Part shown: positions 28,206 through 40,593 of the stretch, piece by piece
Position numbering within the stretch: the first letter of the stretch is position 1
How the letters are laid out: each line of letters starts with the position of its first letter
Assembly (NCBI GenBank): GCA_009103225.1
Contig: RHPI01002990.1
Span: forward strand, 182,738 to 246,737
From: Chlorokybus atmophyticus
Taxonomy: Eukaryota > Plantae > Mesostigma and Chlorokybus algae
DNA: 64,000 bases
Direction: 5' to 3'
The notes under the pieces: generated by a model
The model's input: only the letters and a program-made list of their open reading frames with translations
What the model was told of the DNA's origin: nothing
Database searches by the model: none
Program-made: the position numbers and the translations under genes

Positions 28206-28322
28206 TTACCCTGTGGATAATGCAGCGGCGGCGGCGGTGGTGACGGCGAGGAGGTGGAGGAGGCGGTGAAAAAGGAGGTGGTGGTGGTGGTGGTGGTGAA
28301 TCTGTGAGTGGTTCGCTTCGAC

Positions 28323-28745
28323 ATGGCGTCGAAGCTTGACAAGTTGGAGAAGAGGGAGGAGGGAGGGCCGTCAGGCGACAAGGCGTACTTTGGAAAGCCG
28401 CCTGGGAAGCAGGGCAAGGGTCTGGCTGGGGAGAGCGACTACGCCAGGCCAGAGCAACTTACCGATCTGCGCCAGATATGTTCTTTTCAGAATAGGCGCA
28501 ACACCTGGTACTACAGGGACAGGGCGAACAGGCCCAGGGGACCCTGCGAGCTTGGCGTGCTGCGTGCGGCCTGGATCAACGGCATCATCGACAGGGACAC
28601 CATTGTCTGGGGCATGGGACTGGAGGATTGGGCTCCCCTCAGAAACGTCTATCGGCTAGAGCAGGACATTCGCACCCCCGAGGTTGACACCCTCACCACC
28701 CTCAAGCGCGTTGGGTGGTGGGTCGCCAGGAGAGGAAGGCAATGA
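28323..28745 (+). CDS. TIC56: TIC56-like GYF_2/DUF4339 protein, single coding exon, 140 aa
   Basis: NTWYYRDRANRPRGPCELGVLRAAWINGIIDRDTIVWGMGLEDWAPLRNVYRLEQDIRTPEV matches the TIC56 core (WYY.DR...RGPC.L..L..AW..GIID..T..WG..L..W.P). A probable 3'UTR intron lies at 28770-29062. Confidence 0.85.
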   Translation: MASKLDKLEKREEGGPSGDKAYFGKPPGKQGKGLAGESDYARPEQLTDLRQICSFQNRRNTWYYRDRANRPRGPCELGVLRAAWINGIIDRDTIVWGMGLEDWAPLRNVYRLEQDIRTPEVDTLTTLKRVGWWVARRGRQ

Positions 28746-29812
28746 CAACACATAGGACGACAGCATAAGGTATAATTGAGTATTCTCAGTCCTGTACAAA
28801 TGGTAACCACGTACGCATGCAGACACTTGCATTTTCACACTCACATACGCACTCAGACACTTACACACGTACGCACTCGCACATGCACGCACACGCAGGG
28901 ATACACACACGCAGGCACACACACGCGCGCGCATGCACTTGCACACACTTTGGAACACCCCCTCCCCGTTCTAGCGCTCTAGCGTCATCAACATGCAGTT
29001 ACAAGTGCCCCTGCCCTTTCCACTGTGGTTGCACATTTTGACACACATGCACCCTGCCTCAGGCGAGTGTAGTGGGCGCCCTCAGCGTTGGATGCCCTTT
29101 GCGGTAAAGAAAAGTGGGACAGTGAACTGAGTTGTTTGTACGAGCGCAGCAGTCACGGGTGTAGTGCTTTATGAACATGTGAACGATGTCACAGCACGTG
29201 TCACATGCACACTTATGCATACACTTACAGCATATGGTAAGCAAGCACGCAACTTACACGTGCACTACAACAAGCAATCCACCATGCACAGCACTGGACG
29301 AAGCCATTTTACACTGCATAGCAAGCCCAAGCATTGAACCCATGCAACCCATGCATGCTATCTACTCACTACCCCTACCCCTACCATTGCCACTACCGTG
29401 TGCATTGCCCTTGCAGCGACTGTTTACAACAGTTGCAGTGAGATTAAGCCATACGTTGTAATATGCATGCATGTAATGCAAAATCTGGTTGTGGGAAGGA
29501 TGATCACACCATCCTTGCACCGATGGCCTGCTTGCGACTCAGCAAGCTGGTGGTAGCTTTGCGCCATCACATTGTGGCCGCCGCAGCTGGTGCATTGGGC
29601 CCATGTGGACACTGTTAAGAGAGTGACTGACCCACAACCAGAAGCTTCTCAAATCAGTCATCAGTCATTGTACCCGAGCTATGTGCTATACACCAATGGT
29701 ACAGTGCAGCTCGCTTTACTTACAAGCTTACAGCTAGTTTAGGTAGTGTTTATAACTAATGCAATGGTGCGCGCCAGGATGAACTCCTTCTACCCCTACT
29801 GTCAGCACTATT

Positions 29813-31600
29813 CTAGTACAATTGTAAGAACTGAGGTTTTTCAATGTGCATTGCAGACAGTAGACTAGCTAAGTGCGCATTCAGCGGCGAGAAGAACTGT
29901 CTCAACAGTTGCTGTGTCCTGTCGTCCATACTCCGCTCTGGTTCACACCATAGATGCTTGTCTACTGTGTTGCGCACCTCTGGTGGCAGAGTCTCAAGGT
30001 CAGGTGGCGCTGGCAGTTTTAAGAACTTCAAGATCTGCACAAAATGCCTGTTGGCATGCCAGCTGGATGGCAGACAAAGCTGGTGTAGGTAACATCAACT
30101 CAAGCACGAGGCTCATGCTTTGTTGGTTTGCTGCCAGGGCAGGCAGTGCCCAACAGCATGCTCAGGCGTAACCAAAGTAGCTGGACTTGGCGAATGTGCG
30201 GGCGTGTTCTAGTTTGTGTGAGGATGTCTATCTCTGCATATTTATTGCAAGCACGAAAGCATCAGCATACCTTGCCAATTGCTTTGGGATGGTCGTCTCG
30301 CAGTTCTTGATGGTCGATAATGTGAAAATGGGAAGCTGGGAAGGTCTTAAACCACTCACTTAGCTGCCAGGAGTACAAGCTGCCCTTGAAACCGCCTTGC
30401 ATGCAGCGTTCGTATGCCTGTGTGCATGCGCATTATAATAAGAGTATTGCAGTCTGTGCCAAGTGCATTCGCATTGCCTCATACTCACCCTGGAAGGGGC
30501 ATTTCCTGCAATGTTTTCCCTCATGCACCGGTACGCACTGGCAGTCTCCTTTTCAACCCACTGACTGAAAGGCACGTTGCATGAGATGTTGAAGTGGCGC
30601 CTGCAACAACATGTTGCTTGTTACCAGCACATTAGAATGTAATGTAGTAGTAGCGTGTCCATGGGTTGTCGGTTAGCATATCATGAGACTTTCGGTGCAC
30701 ACACACGCCACACACATAAACACAGCCAAGTGCACATACTCACCTTCCAATGTGATTGAACCATGACAGCGATCGATTGACCGGATCACGCAGAATGGCT
30801 AACAGTTTGATGCGCGGCGCAAGCTCTTGCCCGTAAACATGGCGAAGTTGCCGCAGGGCCCGCAAGGACAACAAGTATGTAGGCGTTCCATCCATCACGT
30901 ACTTGATGACAGTCTGAACATGAATGCCATCATCACACACCACTGTAGTGCAATGCTCCAATGCATAATGACTGACACCAAACTGCTCACTTACGGAATT
31001 TGCCTGATGGCATGGAGGCATGCGCTCACTGTACGCGTCCAAGAGCTGCTTCCGTGTGTAACCCAAGACAGGCACGCTGCCGAAGAACTTTTGCTCCTTG
31101 GGTTCGCTCCAGACTGCTCCAGAAGACACATTGTGATTGACCAGGTGGGCCCACACTGTCGTTGAAGCTGCCTTCTGTGCGCCTATGAGAAACACGTTGG
31201 GGATTAACCTGCCCTTGTAGCACAACAAACTGTGCTCGGCGTCGACCACCTGCATGTCAACTTGCTCAGCATTGTGCAACGAGCGAGCATTCAGTGCAAG
31301 TCTAGCAAGAATGTTGGACGTCACCTCAAACTCAGTCGGCAGATCCGCAGCGGCAATGGTGCGTCGGGGGTGACGGAGACGCTCGGGCGGGTTGAGCTGC
31401 TTCCAAGCAGCATCAACAGCAGCTTTCCACGACGCCGCATTCCAGTCCGCGCCGCTGGGGACTCCAGCGTCAGCGGCGGCGGCGGGCCTAGCGTGAAGGA
31501 AGAGCACGAGCAGCAAGCAACCAAACCTCAACAACCCCACACGCCAATGACATGCCATTCGCTCCTTCGCAACCCCCACTGCCTCCTTGGCCGCCGCCAT
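29813..31600 (-). CDS. Type II membrane sulfotransferase, heparan-sulfate 3-O-sulfotransferase/NDST-like (Sulfotransfer_1)
   Basis: Signal anchor GLLRFGCLLLVLFL; 5'-PSB motif FLIGAQKAASTT; KEQKFF; DGTPTYL; 3'-PB motif ILRDPVNRSLSWFNH; GSLYSWQLSEWFKTFPASHFHII; ILKFLKL; LRQFFSPLNAHL. The exon chain stays in frame. Confidence 0.88.
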
Positions 31601-31856
31601 GCCCGCCGCCGCTCATGCGGTCCATGCAGCAGCGCACATGCTGGCGCATTGCTGCGCAACCCACACGTTGACTGGCAGGCAGCCCCAGCAGTGGCAGCGC
31701 GTGCTCGCATGGCAGAAAAAGGCAAAGACATAGTAAGCCGACACGGCGTCACACTGCGACCCCCTCCAGCGTCACTTGCTAACTCGACGTGACGCTGGCA
31801 CACAGAGAGAGATCCGGATAAGCACATGCTGCTATAGGCTGGTGAGCTGGGCGACC

Positions 31857-34661
31857 ATGGCGGCGGCGGCGGGGACGGCGGCGGCGGCGGTGGGGGCTCT
31901 GAGGGGTGCGTTCCATGGAGCGGCCGTGGCGCCGTCCGCTCGCCAGCAGCGGGTCAGCAGCGCCGGCGTCGTGGCTGTGCCAGCTGCGCCTACCCCGTCC
32001 TCCCGCAAGGGCCAGGCGGGTGTAGTTGTCGCCCAGGCCAGCAAGAAGACGGGCGGGACCCAGTCTGGCACTAAGAGCGGCTTGCTTGGTACAATTAGCA
32101 ACCTGCCTTTTGGCACAGTTGGCCTGCCGTTCGGCACCCTCAGCAGGGTCGGGGGTGGCCGCCGCCGCAATGACTCCAATACCATCTTCGTCGCTGGCGC
32201 TACCGGACGCCTGGGCGCCCGCATCGTCAGGTACGCGGTGCATACATGTCATGCAAGTATTTTCCGGCATTGTGTGCTTAGCGGGGTTCCTCATTATGGC
32301 ACTCTTCTTTCCAGAGAGCTTTTGCAGCGCGGCTTCAATGTGCGAGCTGGAGTCAGGAACCCAGAGAAAGCGCAGGCACTGCTGCAGGTGCGCTTAGCGG
32401 CTCTCACTGGATCGCCGCGCAGGCATCGTGTGCATGCTTGGAGCCGAGTCAAGGTACACCACTCACATTGCCTGTCTGTGTGTTGCCCAGGCTGCCCAAG
32501 GGCTGGATCTTCTTGACGGTGCAGGGGGACGCAGGCTGCAGCTTGTCGAGGTGACACAATAGCTGCATGTGCGCTAGCAGAAAATACCTTTACTATGACT
32601 TTAACCTGCTACCAATCTTTGCAAGGAGCACTGTCTTAGCTTGCAGAGATGTTTAGCGCTGATGAATATCAGTCACTGCTTCAGCTCAGTATCAACAATG
32701 TCAACTCCTGAAGCCGAATACTTAGTTCACAGCATGTGCGGGTGTTGTGGCTAGCTCATTTCGTATGCTTGTATGCTTGTATACAATTTCCATCAATAGT
32801 TTGAACCCAGTATACGCATGTCTCACACTCACAACCCGTACCACAGGTTGACCTTGAGCAGCCAGATACCATCCCAGCCGCACTGGCTGGCGCAGGCCGT
32901 GTGGTGTGTGCTATAGGTGCAAGTGAGAGTTCGCTGCTTGACTGGTCTGGGCCATACCGCATTGATGGCAAGGCAACTGAAGACCTGGTAGAAGCTGCGC
33001 ACGCGTCTGGAGTTCAGCAATTTGTGCTGGTGACAAGCCTTGGCACAACCAAGTTTGGCCTTCCTGCTTCCGCTCTCAAGTAAGTTTGTTCAGTTGCAGT
33101 TGTACAGTATTCACAATGTCAGTGCACTTGTTTCATGTAAGCCAATGCTGCAGCTTGTTCTGGGGCGTGCTCAAGTGGAAGGGACAGGCTGAAAAGGCCC
33201 TTCAGGAGAGCGGCATGGCATACACGGTCAGATAACACTCATCGTGATTTCCCATCACATGTTACACACATGCATTCTACTTTGACTTGCACTAATGTCT
33301 TGCCGTATTCACTGTAGATTGTGCGCCCTGGAGGCATGGAGAGGCCGGCTGATGACTACAAGCTGACACACAATCTGCGCTTGGAAGGCAAAGATACTCT
33401 GTTTGGCGGGCTGGTGTCGCGATTGCAAGTTGCTGAAGTCGTTGGTGAGTGCCTGACACGCCCAGAGGCAGCTGAGAACAAGGTCTTGGAAGTCGTTGCA
33501 GAGACCAATGCTCCACCGAGGACAATCCTGGATCTGTTGGTGGATATTCCAACAGCTGGGCCATCACAGGTTTGGCCAACCAACAAGCGTGTTTAGGTGG
33601 CATTGCTCCTTCCAGCCTTGCATGGAATTATTTGCTTGGTCTACAACTGCGCTTGCTGTGTAGGCGGAGCGCGCTGTGGAGGCAGACATTGCGCTTGTTC
33701 GTGAGGCAGAGCTTGAGGCGGAGGCTGATGAGGTACAGATGAGAAGCTCATGTCATGATGTGAATCACACCCCCTGTTTACCGCTTTGTTTGTGCGTCGA
33801 CGACGCCTCCAGGCATTTTGCAACATCATTGCAATGCACACTTCGTTTAGTGTGTTATCATCACTTCCAATTTTCACAGGATGATGAAGACAGTGCTCCC
33901 AAGAAGAGGTCCACCGTGGTCCTGAATCTGTTCAAGAAGAAGAGTGCTGAAGAGGAAGAAGAAGAACCTGAAGTCAAGAAGCCCAAGCGCCCGGCTCCAA
34001 AGCGCAAGGTAGCGCTGTGCAACTGCATCAAACTCCCATGAGCACAACACAGTGAATGACAAACTTTGCCGCTGCTTTACTAGCCTGTGCCAGCCAAAGA
34101 GGACGAAGCTGCGCGCGCTGAGATGGAAGCTTTGAGAGCGGCTGTGCAGGTATATAGGGTGTCAGTACTACAGGTCCCGGCTGCAGGTGTATCACACTGT
34201 GACTGAGTGCCTTGGTGTTTGTTATGTGCAGGCTGATGAGTCAGCACGCCTGTTCGCGTTGAGTCAGGATGCACTTCAGGAGGCAGAAGCTGAGGTGGGT
34301 CGTCAGCAGTTTAGTACTCGGTTAAGGACTTACATGACACAAATAGCGACCAGACATGTGCATTGAGCAGCCAATCCTGCATGTCATGCATTTACTTCTT
34401 CGCACCCTTGCAGGCTGACAGGCTCGCAGCCCAGGCTGAGGCTGCCAAGGCTGCTCTAGAGCAGGTTAGAATCAAGGCTGAGCGCGTATTCCAGCAAGCA
34501 GCGGAGGATGTTGAGGAAAGGTATGTAGGTCTTGTGACTGCAGTGCAATTGAACTGCTCGCACTGCCCATGCACCTGTGTGTTTCATTGCAGCTTGCTGA
34601 CTGATTGTGTTCAATCTGTCACAGTGATGAAGCAAAGCAACTAGCAGGCGCTTCCAAGTAA
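31857..34661 (+). CDS. TIC62-like: TIC62/pTAC16-like plastid NAD(P)-binding Rossmann protein with charged helical C-terminal extension
   Basis: Transit peptide, then TIFVAGATGRLGARIVRELL, GPYRIDGKAT, FVLVTSLGTTKFGLPASALNLFWGVLKWK, IVRPGGMERPADDYKLTHNL, DTLFGGLVSRLQVAE and KVLEVVAETNAP. Later exons are E/A/K-rich and end KQLAGASK* at 34661. Confidence 0.88.
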
Positions 34662-35081
34662 AGTGCCCCAACCCGCCAGAATATACTCAGTTCGCAGCAT
34701 TGTTCATAAGCCAGTTTTGACATGGTATTGAATTATTAGACTGATATACCACCAACATACTCACAACATCATGTACGGCACCATAATTGCAGCGCTTGCA
34801 AGTCGTGACGTGATGATGGTTGTGGCGAGATAGCGCAAAAGCAAATCGTCCAGCCATCCATAGCATAACCATCCGGGTGAATGTGACAACACCGCAGAAC
34901 GTTTGTTTACAACCCAGGCAGGCCTAGTCCCTAGTTCATAGCCATCATTGGCAATCTGTGCTTGGATAGGTCAACTAACACTGTTGCAACTCTCTGGTGG
35001 TACACCCTTCGCCTACTTTGAATGACGTGTTGCAGCAACTGCAGATAGTAGTCATAACTTCAGTGACAATGCTCGCTGCCA

Positions 35082-37413
35082 TCACACAGCCTGTACAAAA
35101 TTGCTTGGGAGCAGCCCGAGTGCACCCTCAATCTGTCGGCGGGAATGCTTCATAGTCTCGTTCTCTCCAAGCCACCAACCTGCATCCACACCCCCACATT
35201 TACACTCACAAGCTTTCTTCACGCGCAAATGCACAACACACGTGGCACCCGCTCACTCACCAGACTCATGCTTCTCAAGTATGGCGATGATGTCACCCGT
35301 CTGGAACGACATCTCCGAGTCGTCCGCGCGCGTGTACTCGCACAACGCCCGGCACCTTTCTATGACGGGACGGCCTGCTGCGAGTGCCGCCACCTGCGCT
35401 GCTTTGGATGGCTCGTTGTTGTTGGTCATGTCCTGAGCACCAAACGGGTTGAACGGGTCCACGGGGGAGGTGGTGGTGCTGTTGTTAAAGGCGGGAGCAT
35501 CACCGAAGGGCGTGCTGGTGGTGGGAGTCTGTTGTTGTATGGGGGGTGAGACGTATGTTGGGGAGGGGATTGTCGTGGAAGAGAAGTTTTGAGGGACTGG
35601 TGGGTATGTGGCTCCTCCTCCTCCTCCTCCTCCTCCACCCGCAATGGACGGCGAGGGCGCGCCACTGCTGCTGTTGTGGCTGTTCTGGCTGTAGTCATTC
35701 GAGTTGTTGTTGTTGTACGCAAAGTCGGCGATGGCGAGTGTCTGGTGTCCCGTGTCTCCAAGTGTTGGTCCGACAAGCTGTAGTGCATTGTGTGCATGCT
35801 CAAACAAGTCCCGCGTAGTAGCAATAATCACAGCGAGCTCCGCCCGCACGAGGTCGGGCTTGTTCTGATGGAGGCTTGACATGGAGGCAAGGAGGGCCTG
35901 ATTCACCTCCTCGTATGCTTCCTGTGAGACTTGCAGCTTGCGCATGTTGCGTGAGAGAGTCTCCGCGTCGTCGGGTTTGGTCTCTTGCAAGTTCTTCACC
36001 TTGCGCTTGTAAGCATCGTACTCGAGAAGCTTCGCCTTGCGCTCCTCCACACGAGCCTTGAGAGCGTTCAACTCAGAGATTTTACGCTGCAACGGTGACA
36101 AACCCTCCGCTACAAACTTCGCCTCCTGTTCATCCCAGAATGCAGTTTATGCATGCAGACACAAGCGTATGGGCACCCACACGGGTGTATGTGTGTGTAT
36201 TCGCATATGCCTACACACATGCACGCTCACATGCACGCACGCACGCAAACGTACACGCGTGCACGAATGGCGCGCACCCACCCACCCACCCACATACACA
36301 CATGCAGAGGACACACACACATACATACATACATGATCATCAACAGTCTGCATACACACGTACGATCTGCTTGAAGAACCCTTCATTATCCACTAGCGCC
36401 TCCCTGAACCTCGTGGCCGCGGCTGCCGCCGGGTCGTTCGCGTGCGTGGGTCCGTAGAACAGTTCCATGGCGCGCGAGGCGGCGGCGCCCGCGACGGCCA
36501 TGGAACGCAACGCGTCCAGCATACGCTTGCACTCGCCGTGAGCGGACTCGAGGGCACCAACGGTCGACCTCCAGGAAGCGTACAGGACCTGGTGGATGGG
36601 CATGATACACGCACGTTGGATGGAATGTGGTGTAGTTGTGAAGTGCATTGTGAGCTGTTGGCTGTGCGTGCATGCAATGCCACGATAGATGGGTGGTTTT
36701 CTTGCTTACAGTGCAGTTGCTGAGTTTGCGTAACTTGTGGTGCTCGTGGCTGTGCGCATATCCCGCAAGCTTGTGTACGCGCACACGTGCGGTTGTGTCT
36801 GCTTGTGCACACATGCAAGTGCATGCACGATTGTGTTTTCGTTGCATATCGTTCGTTCTCAATTATGAAATATGTGCAGACTGTGATTTTGTTGCAATTC
36901 GTGCGAGATGACTTTGTTGGTGTGCACTTGCATACTCTCTGATAAACCAACTCTTTCAAGTTCTCATGGCATGCATTGAGCAACAACACGAACACCAATG
37001 ACACACAAGCGCGTCATTTGATGCCTAGTCACGCAGAGCTAGTAGGGTTGTACAACGAACTGCATCAAAAATGTCATCATTGTCAATACTCAACTACAAG
37101 GCTTGCTGGCGTTCTTGATCCCCATCATAATCCATGATGCATACATAGCAATGTTATTGGTGATCAAAATAAAAGCGGCTTTCACTAGGGTTGTGTGTGA
37201 GACACATGGGCGCGAACACACCCCTTTTTCCAATGCGTGTAGAGGCACATTCCATCCCAGGATGAATGATGATCGTTGTTGTAATATTGACACATACACA
37301 AACTACACACCCACACCCACCTCGAAGTCGTCATCGGATGTTGACTGCGCCTTCCCCACCGCCTGCAGCGTCTTCTGCAACGTCCGCCGCTTGAACCCCC
37401 GCAGCGTGTCCAT
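35082..37413 (-). CDS. BAR domain + Pro-rich linker + C-terminal SH3 protein (amphiphysin/endophilin-like architecture)
   Basis: N-terminal exon MDTLRGFKRRTLQKTLQAVGKAQSTSDDDFE; helical BAR region (RKAKLLEYDAYKRKVKNLQE...QEAYEEVNQAL); SH3 CRALCEYTRADDSEMSFQTGDIIAILEKHES|GWWLGE...GLLPSNFVQAV*. Confidence 0.88.
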
Positions 37414-37808
37414 CGCCCCCCACACCTCCTCCTCCTCCTCCTCCTCCTGCCTCCCCACCCACACAACGATGACAACACAACGACACTACCCCAACCAACC
37501 AACTCACACCAATGGGGCCAATGATACGGGGCCAGGCAGCGCCTTTTTTCTCCAACTGCCAGCTGGCAGCAGATGCCTACAGATGCAAAAAAACCCAACC
37601 CCCCCATTTAAATAATTTTTTCCTCCCATGTTCTCTCCATTGTTTTCGCCGCGTGCACACTGATCGTACCGTACCAGAACCGTACCGGTACCTGCTGGCG
37701 GCACAACAGTTGTGGCTGCTGCTGCTCACGTGACGGAGGAAGAGGAGGAGGAGGACGGCAAGGAGGAGGAGGAGGAGGAGGAGGAGAAGGGAAGGGCGGT
37801 GGTATTTG

Positions 37809-39989
37809 ATGGAGATGGAGAGGAGGGATGATGATGCACTGACAGGTGAGAGGCTGCGGTGTGTTAGGCCTCTCCCCTCTCTCTCATGCTAGAGAGCCAG
37901 CAGAGCCATCAACACTTCGATGCTTGCCTGTCATATCCGCCCCTGCTTGTCCGTACGACATGGACACACACTTGATCAATCAGATACTGAGTCAGTGACT
38001 GTACTATCAGTCGAGTCGGTGTTCATTACTTAACGGTTGTGTTGGCAGAGGTGTGGGAGGAGGAGGAGACGGAGGAGGAGGAGGAGGAGCACACTACTCG
38101 CGTATATGCAGAGCGCTTGCGGGCCTCCTACGACGCTCTGCCAGACCAGGTATGTGTCAGTGCACTGCGTGCTGTGACATTGCACCACGTTCATGCAAGG
38201 CACACGCACGCACACACACACACACACACACACGGTGGTGGTGAGGCATATGCTATGCTCCGTTGCAGTGCGTGCTTCTAACTCACTTGTCACACACAAC
38301 AGGAGGTGACGGAGGCGATGGTGGTGGACAGATGCCTCCCCGCAGACTTCCTGGACGCTGCCGCCGACGACGACATGTGCGCACTCATGTGACTACTACT
38401 ATTGACGACGATGTCTACTAACCTCACCCAAGCAACATGCACACGTACTAATAATTGCACAACACAGTGCGAGTGCGTTGAGTGTGGTGACGCACGTGCG
38501 GCTGGATCGGGAGCGCATCGCCGCCGTTGGCCCCGCACTGCTCTCGACCGCTCCCGCCACCACACACCTATACCTCCAGCACGTACGTGTGTACATACCA
38601 CCCAACATCAACACGTGCGTGCGTGCGTGTATATGTGCACATGTGCTCGTGTGTGCCTGTGTGTGCGCACGCGTGCATGTGCGTGTGCGTGTGCGTGTGT
38701 GTGGCTGCGCATACACAACACTCCACACTCACGCGCATTTACACGACTTCAGAACCGCATTCACGACGGCTCCCAGTTGGTTCTGCCACGGGCGCTGCGC
38801 TTCCTCTCTCTAGCCCACAACCGCTTAACTGCCGTGCCGACAGCACTTGCCCACTCCTCACACTCTTTACCCAGCCTGATGCTGTTGGACTTGAGTCACA
38901 ACAGCATCAAGCGCATCACACCCGGTACGAAAGAAAAGAAGGCACGAGTTGGTGGGATGAGACGTGTGTGATGTTGTCTCTCATGATATATGTGATTAGG
39001 TGAGGTGCCGCAGTCGGTGAGGTTTCTGATGGTTGCGGGCAATCCGTCCGCGCGCGAGATGAAGCAAGAGGACAAGGATCGGCTCGTTGTTGGGTTGAGG
39101 GTGCTGAGACAACTTGACGAGGAGACCATAGCACACGCCATGCGCAAACAAGCCAGGTGTGGGTTGGGGATATACAAACGTGCACGAACGCACTTACACG
39201 CACACACATCCAGGCACGTGCGCACCCGCAAAGACACGCACGCGTACAGGGAGTGACACACGCACACTTTCACGCGTGCAAGTACAACCTGCTGCTCATG
39301 CCACAAGCACATCACCAAAATTCGTCATTGCAACTTCAGGCAGCGATTGCGGGCAAGCAATGAAGCCAACATTGTGGGACAGACTGACAGTGACGATGGT
39401 AGTGATAGTGAAGGTGGTAGTGAGGATAGCGACAGCGTGAGTGGGAGCGAAGGGGGATCACCACATCCAAACGAGAGCGCGCGTTCTCGCACCGTGCAGA
39501 GGTCGACATCGTTGTCGAAATCGGTGGAGAGCATATTTGAGGCCAGCGAAGAAGACGTGGCGGAGGCGAGGTATCAGCTGGCCAAAGCGCGGGACGACAT
39601 GATCACAAACATAAAGATACGCTCCCAAGAGGTACGCAATGTTGCTGTGTTGCAGAGCGTCTTATCATGCACTCTGATGTGTGTGTACACGTGCGTGCAT
39701 GCGTGCGCGTGTGCGCCTGCACACAAACCCGTGTGTGTGCGCGTGTGTGCGTGTATACTTCATGACATACTCGCACTACCCACAGAGGGAGCAAATGCAA
39801 TCAAGGATCCAGCTCAACACCACTTCCAATCTGCGGCGGTCTTGTCCAGCAGCAATAACAAAATTCGCTCCCGCCATGACGATGATGATGCCCCCGCACA
39901 ACCGCGATCTCGCCTGCGGGCCCACACGCCTGGAGCCCCTGAGGCTCAGCACGGGGTCGCTCAGCCTCAGCAAACCCGCAGTGGGATGA
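37809..39989 (+). CDS. LRRC46-like leucine-rich repeat protein (SDS22-like LRRs); 3' end uncertain, may extend to about 40270
   Basis: VTHVRLDRERI...THLYLQHNRI...LRFLSLAHNRL...LLDLSHNSI...PQSVRFLMVAGNP...LRQLDEE follows the LRRC46 pattern, with acidic N-terminus and Ser/Asp-rich linker. Confidence 0.75.
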
Positions 39990-40593
39990 TGTGTACACTG
40001 ATTGTACATTGCTTGATACGAATTGTATAAGAGAAGGAATGGGGAATGCGTGCATGCAAGGTCACACACGCCTTGTTCACATGCAAGCTAACAGCAGCAC
40101 AACAACTCACCATCGCGACCACCGGTCTCAACCACGCACCTGCTATCTACCACGCCTACCTCTACCTCTACCACTACTGCCCCCCTGTTAGTCATGCAGG
40201 CATGCACGGCAAGCTCAGGCACCTGCGCATGCGCGTCTTTTGACAGGACATGTCTTGTCACAACCCAGGCCTGAGTGTAAGTTTGTTGCACAGTTTGTGG
40301 GTGTGTGACTTGCACTTGTGGCGACATATACAACTGTGCAGCAAACATACTGACATTCTTCATTGCACTTGCACTCCATACTATCAACCTGTGGGCTAAA
40401 TGGGCTAAATGCCTGTATAACCTAGCATCAATCACCCCTACTTCAGCCAACAAAACCATAAGAGCGCTATCTATGCACACAACACAAAACAACTACGTGT
40501 CGCTATCTCGTTTGTATGGAAGTGAAGTAGTTCCCTTGTTGCTCGCATTGACACAACAGCAGCGCCATCCGTTTTGGTCTATCATCGTCACCA

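Noticed and set aside
30330-30365. Suspected frameshift in the sulfotransferase
   Set aside because: On re-reading, the minus strand gives GAG TGG TTT AAG ACC TTC (EWFKTF), which is in frame, so the gene appears intact.
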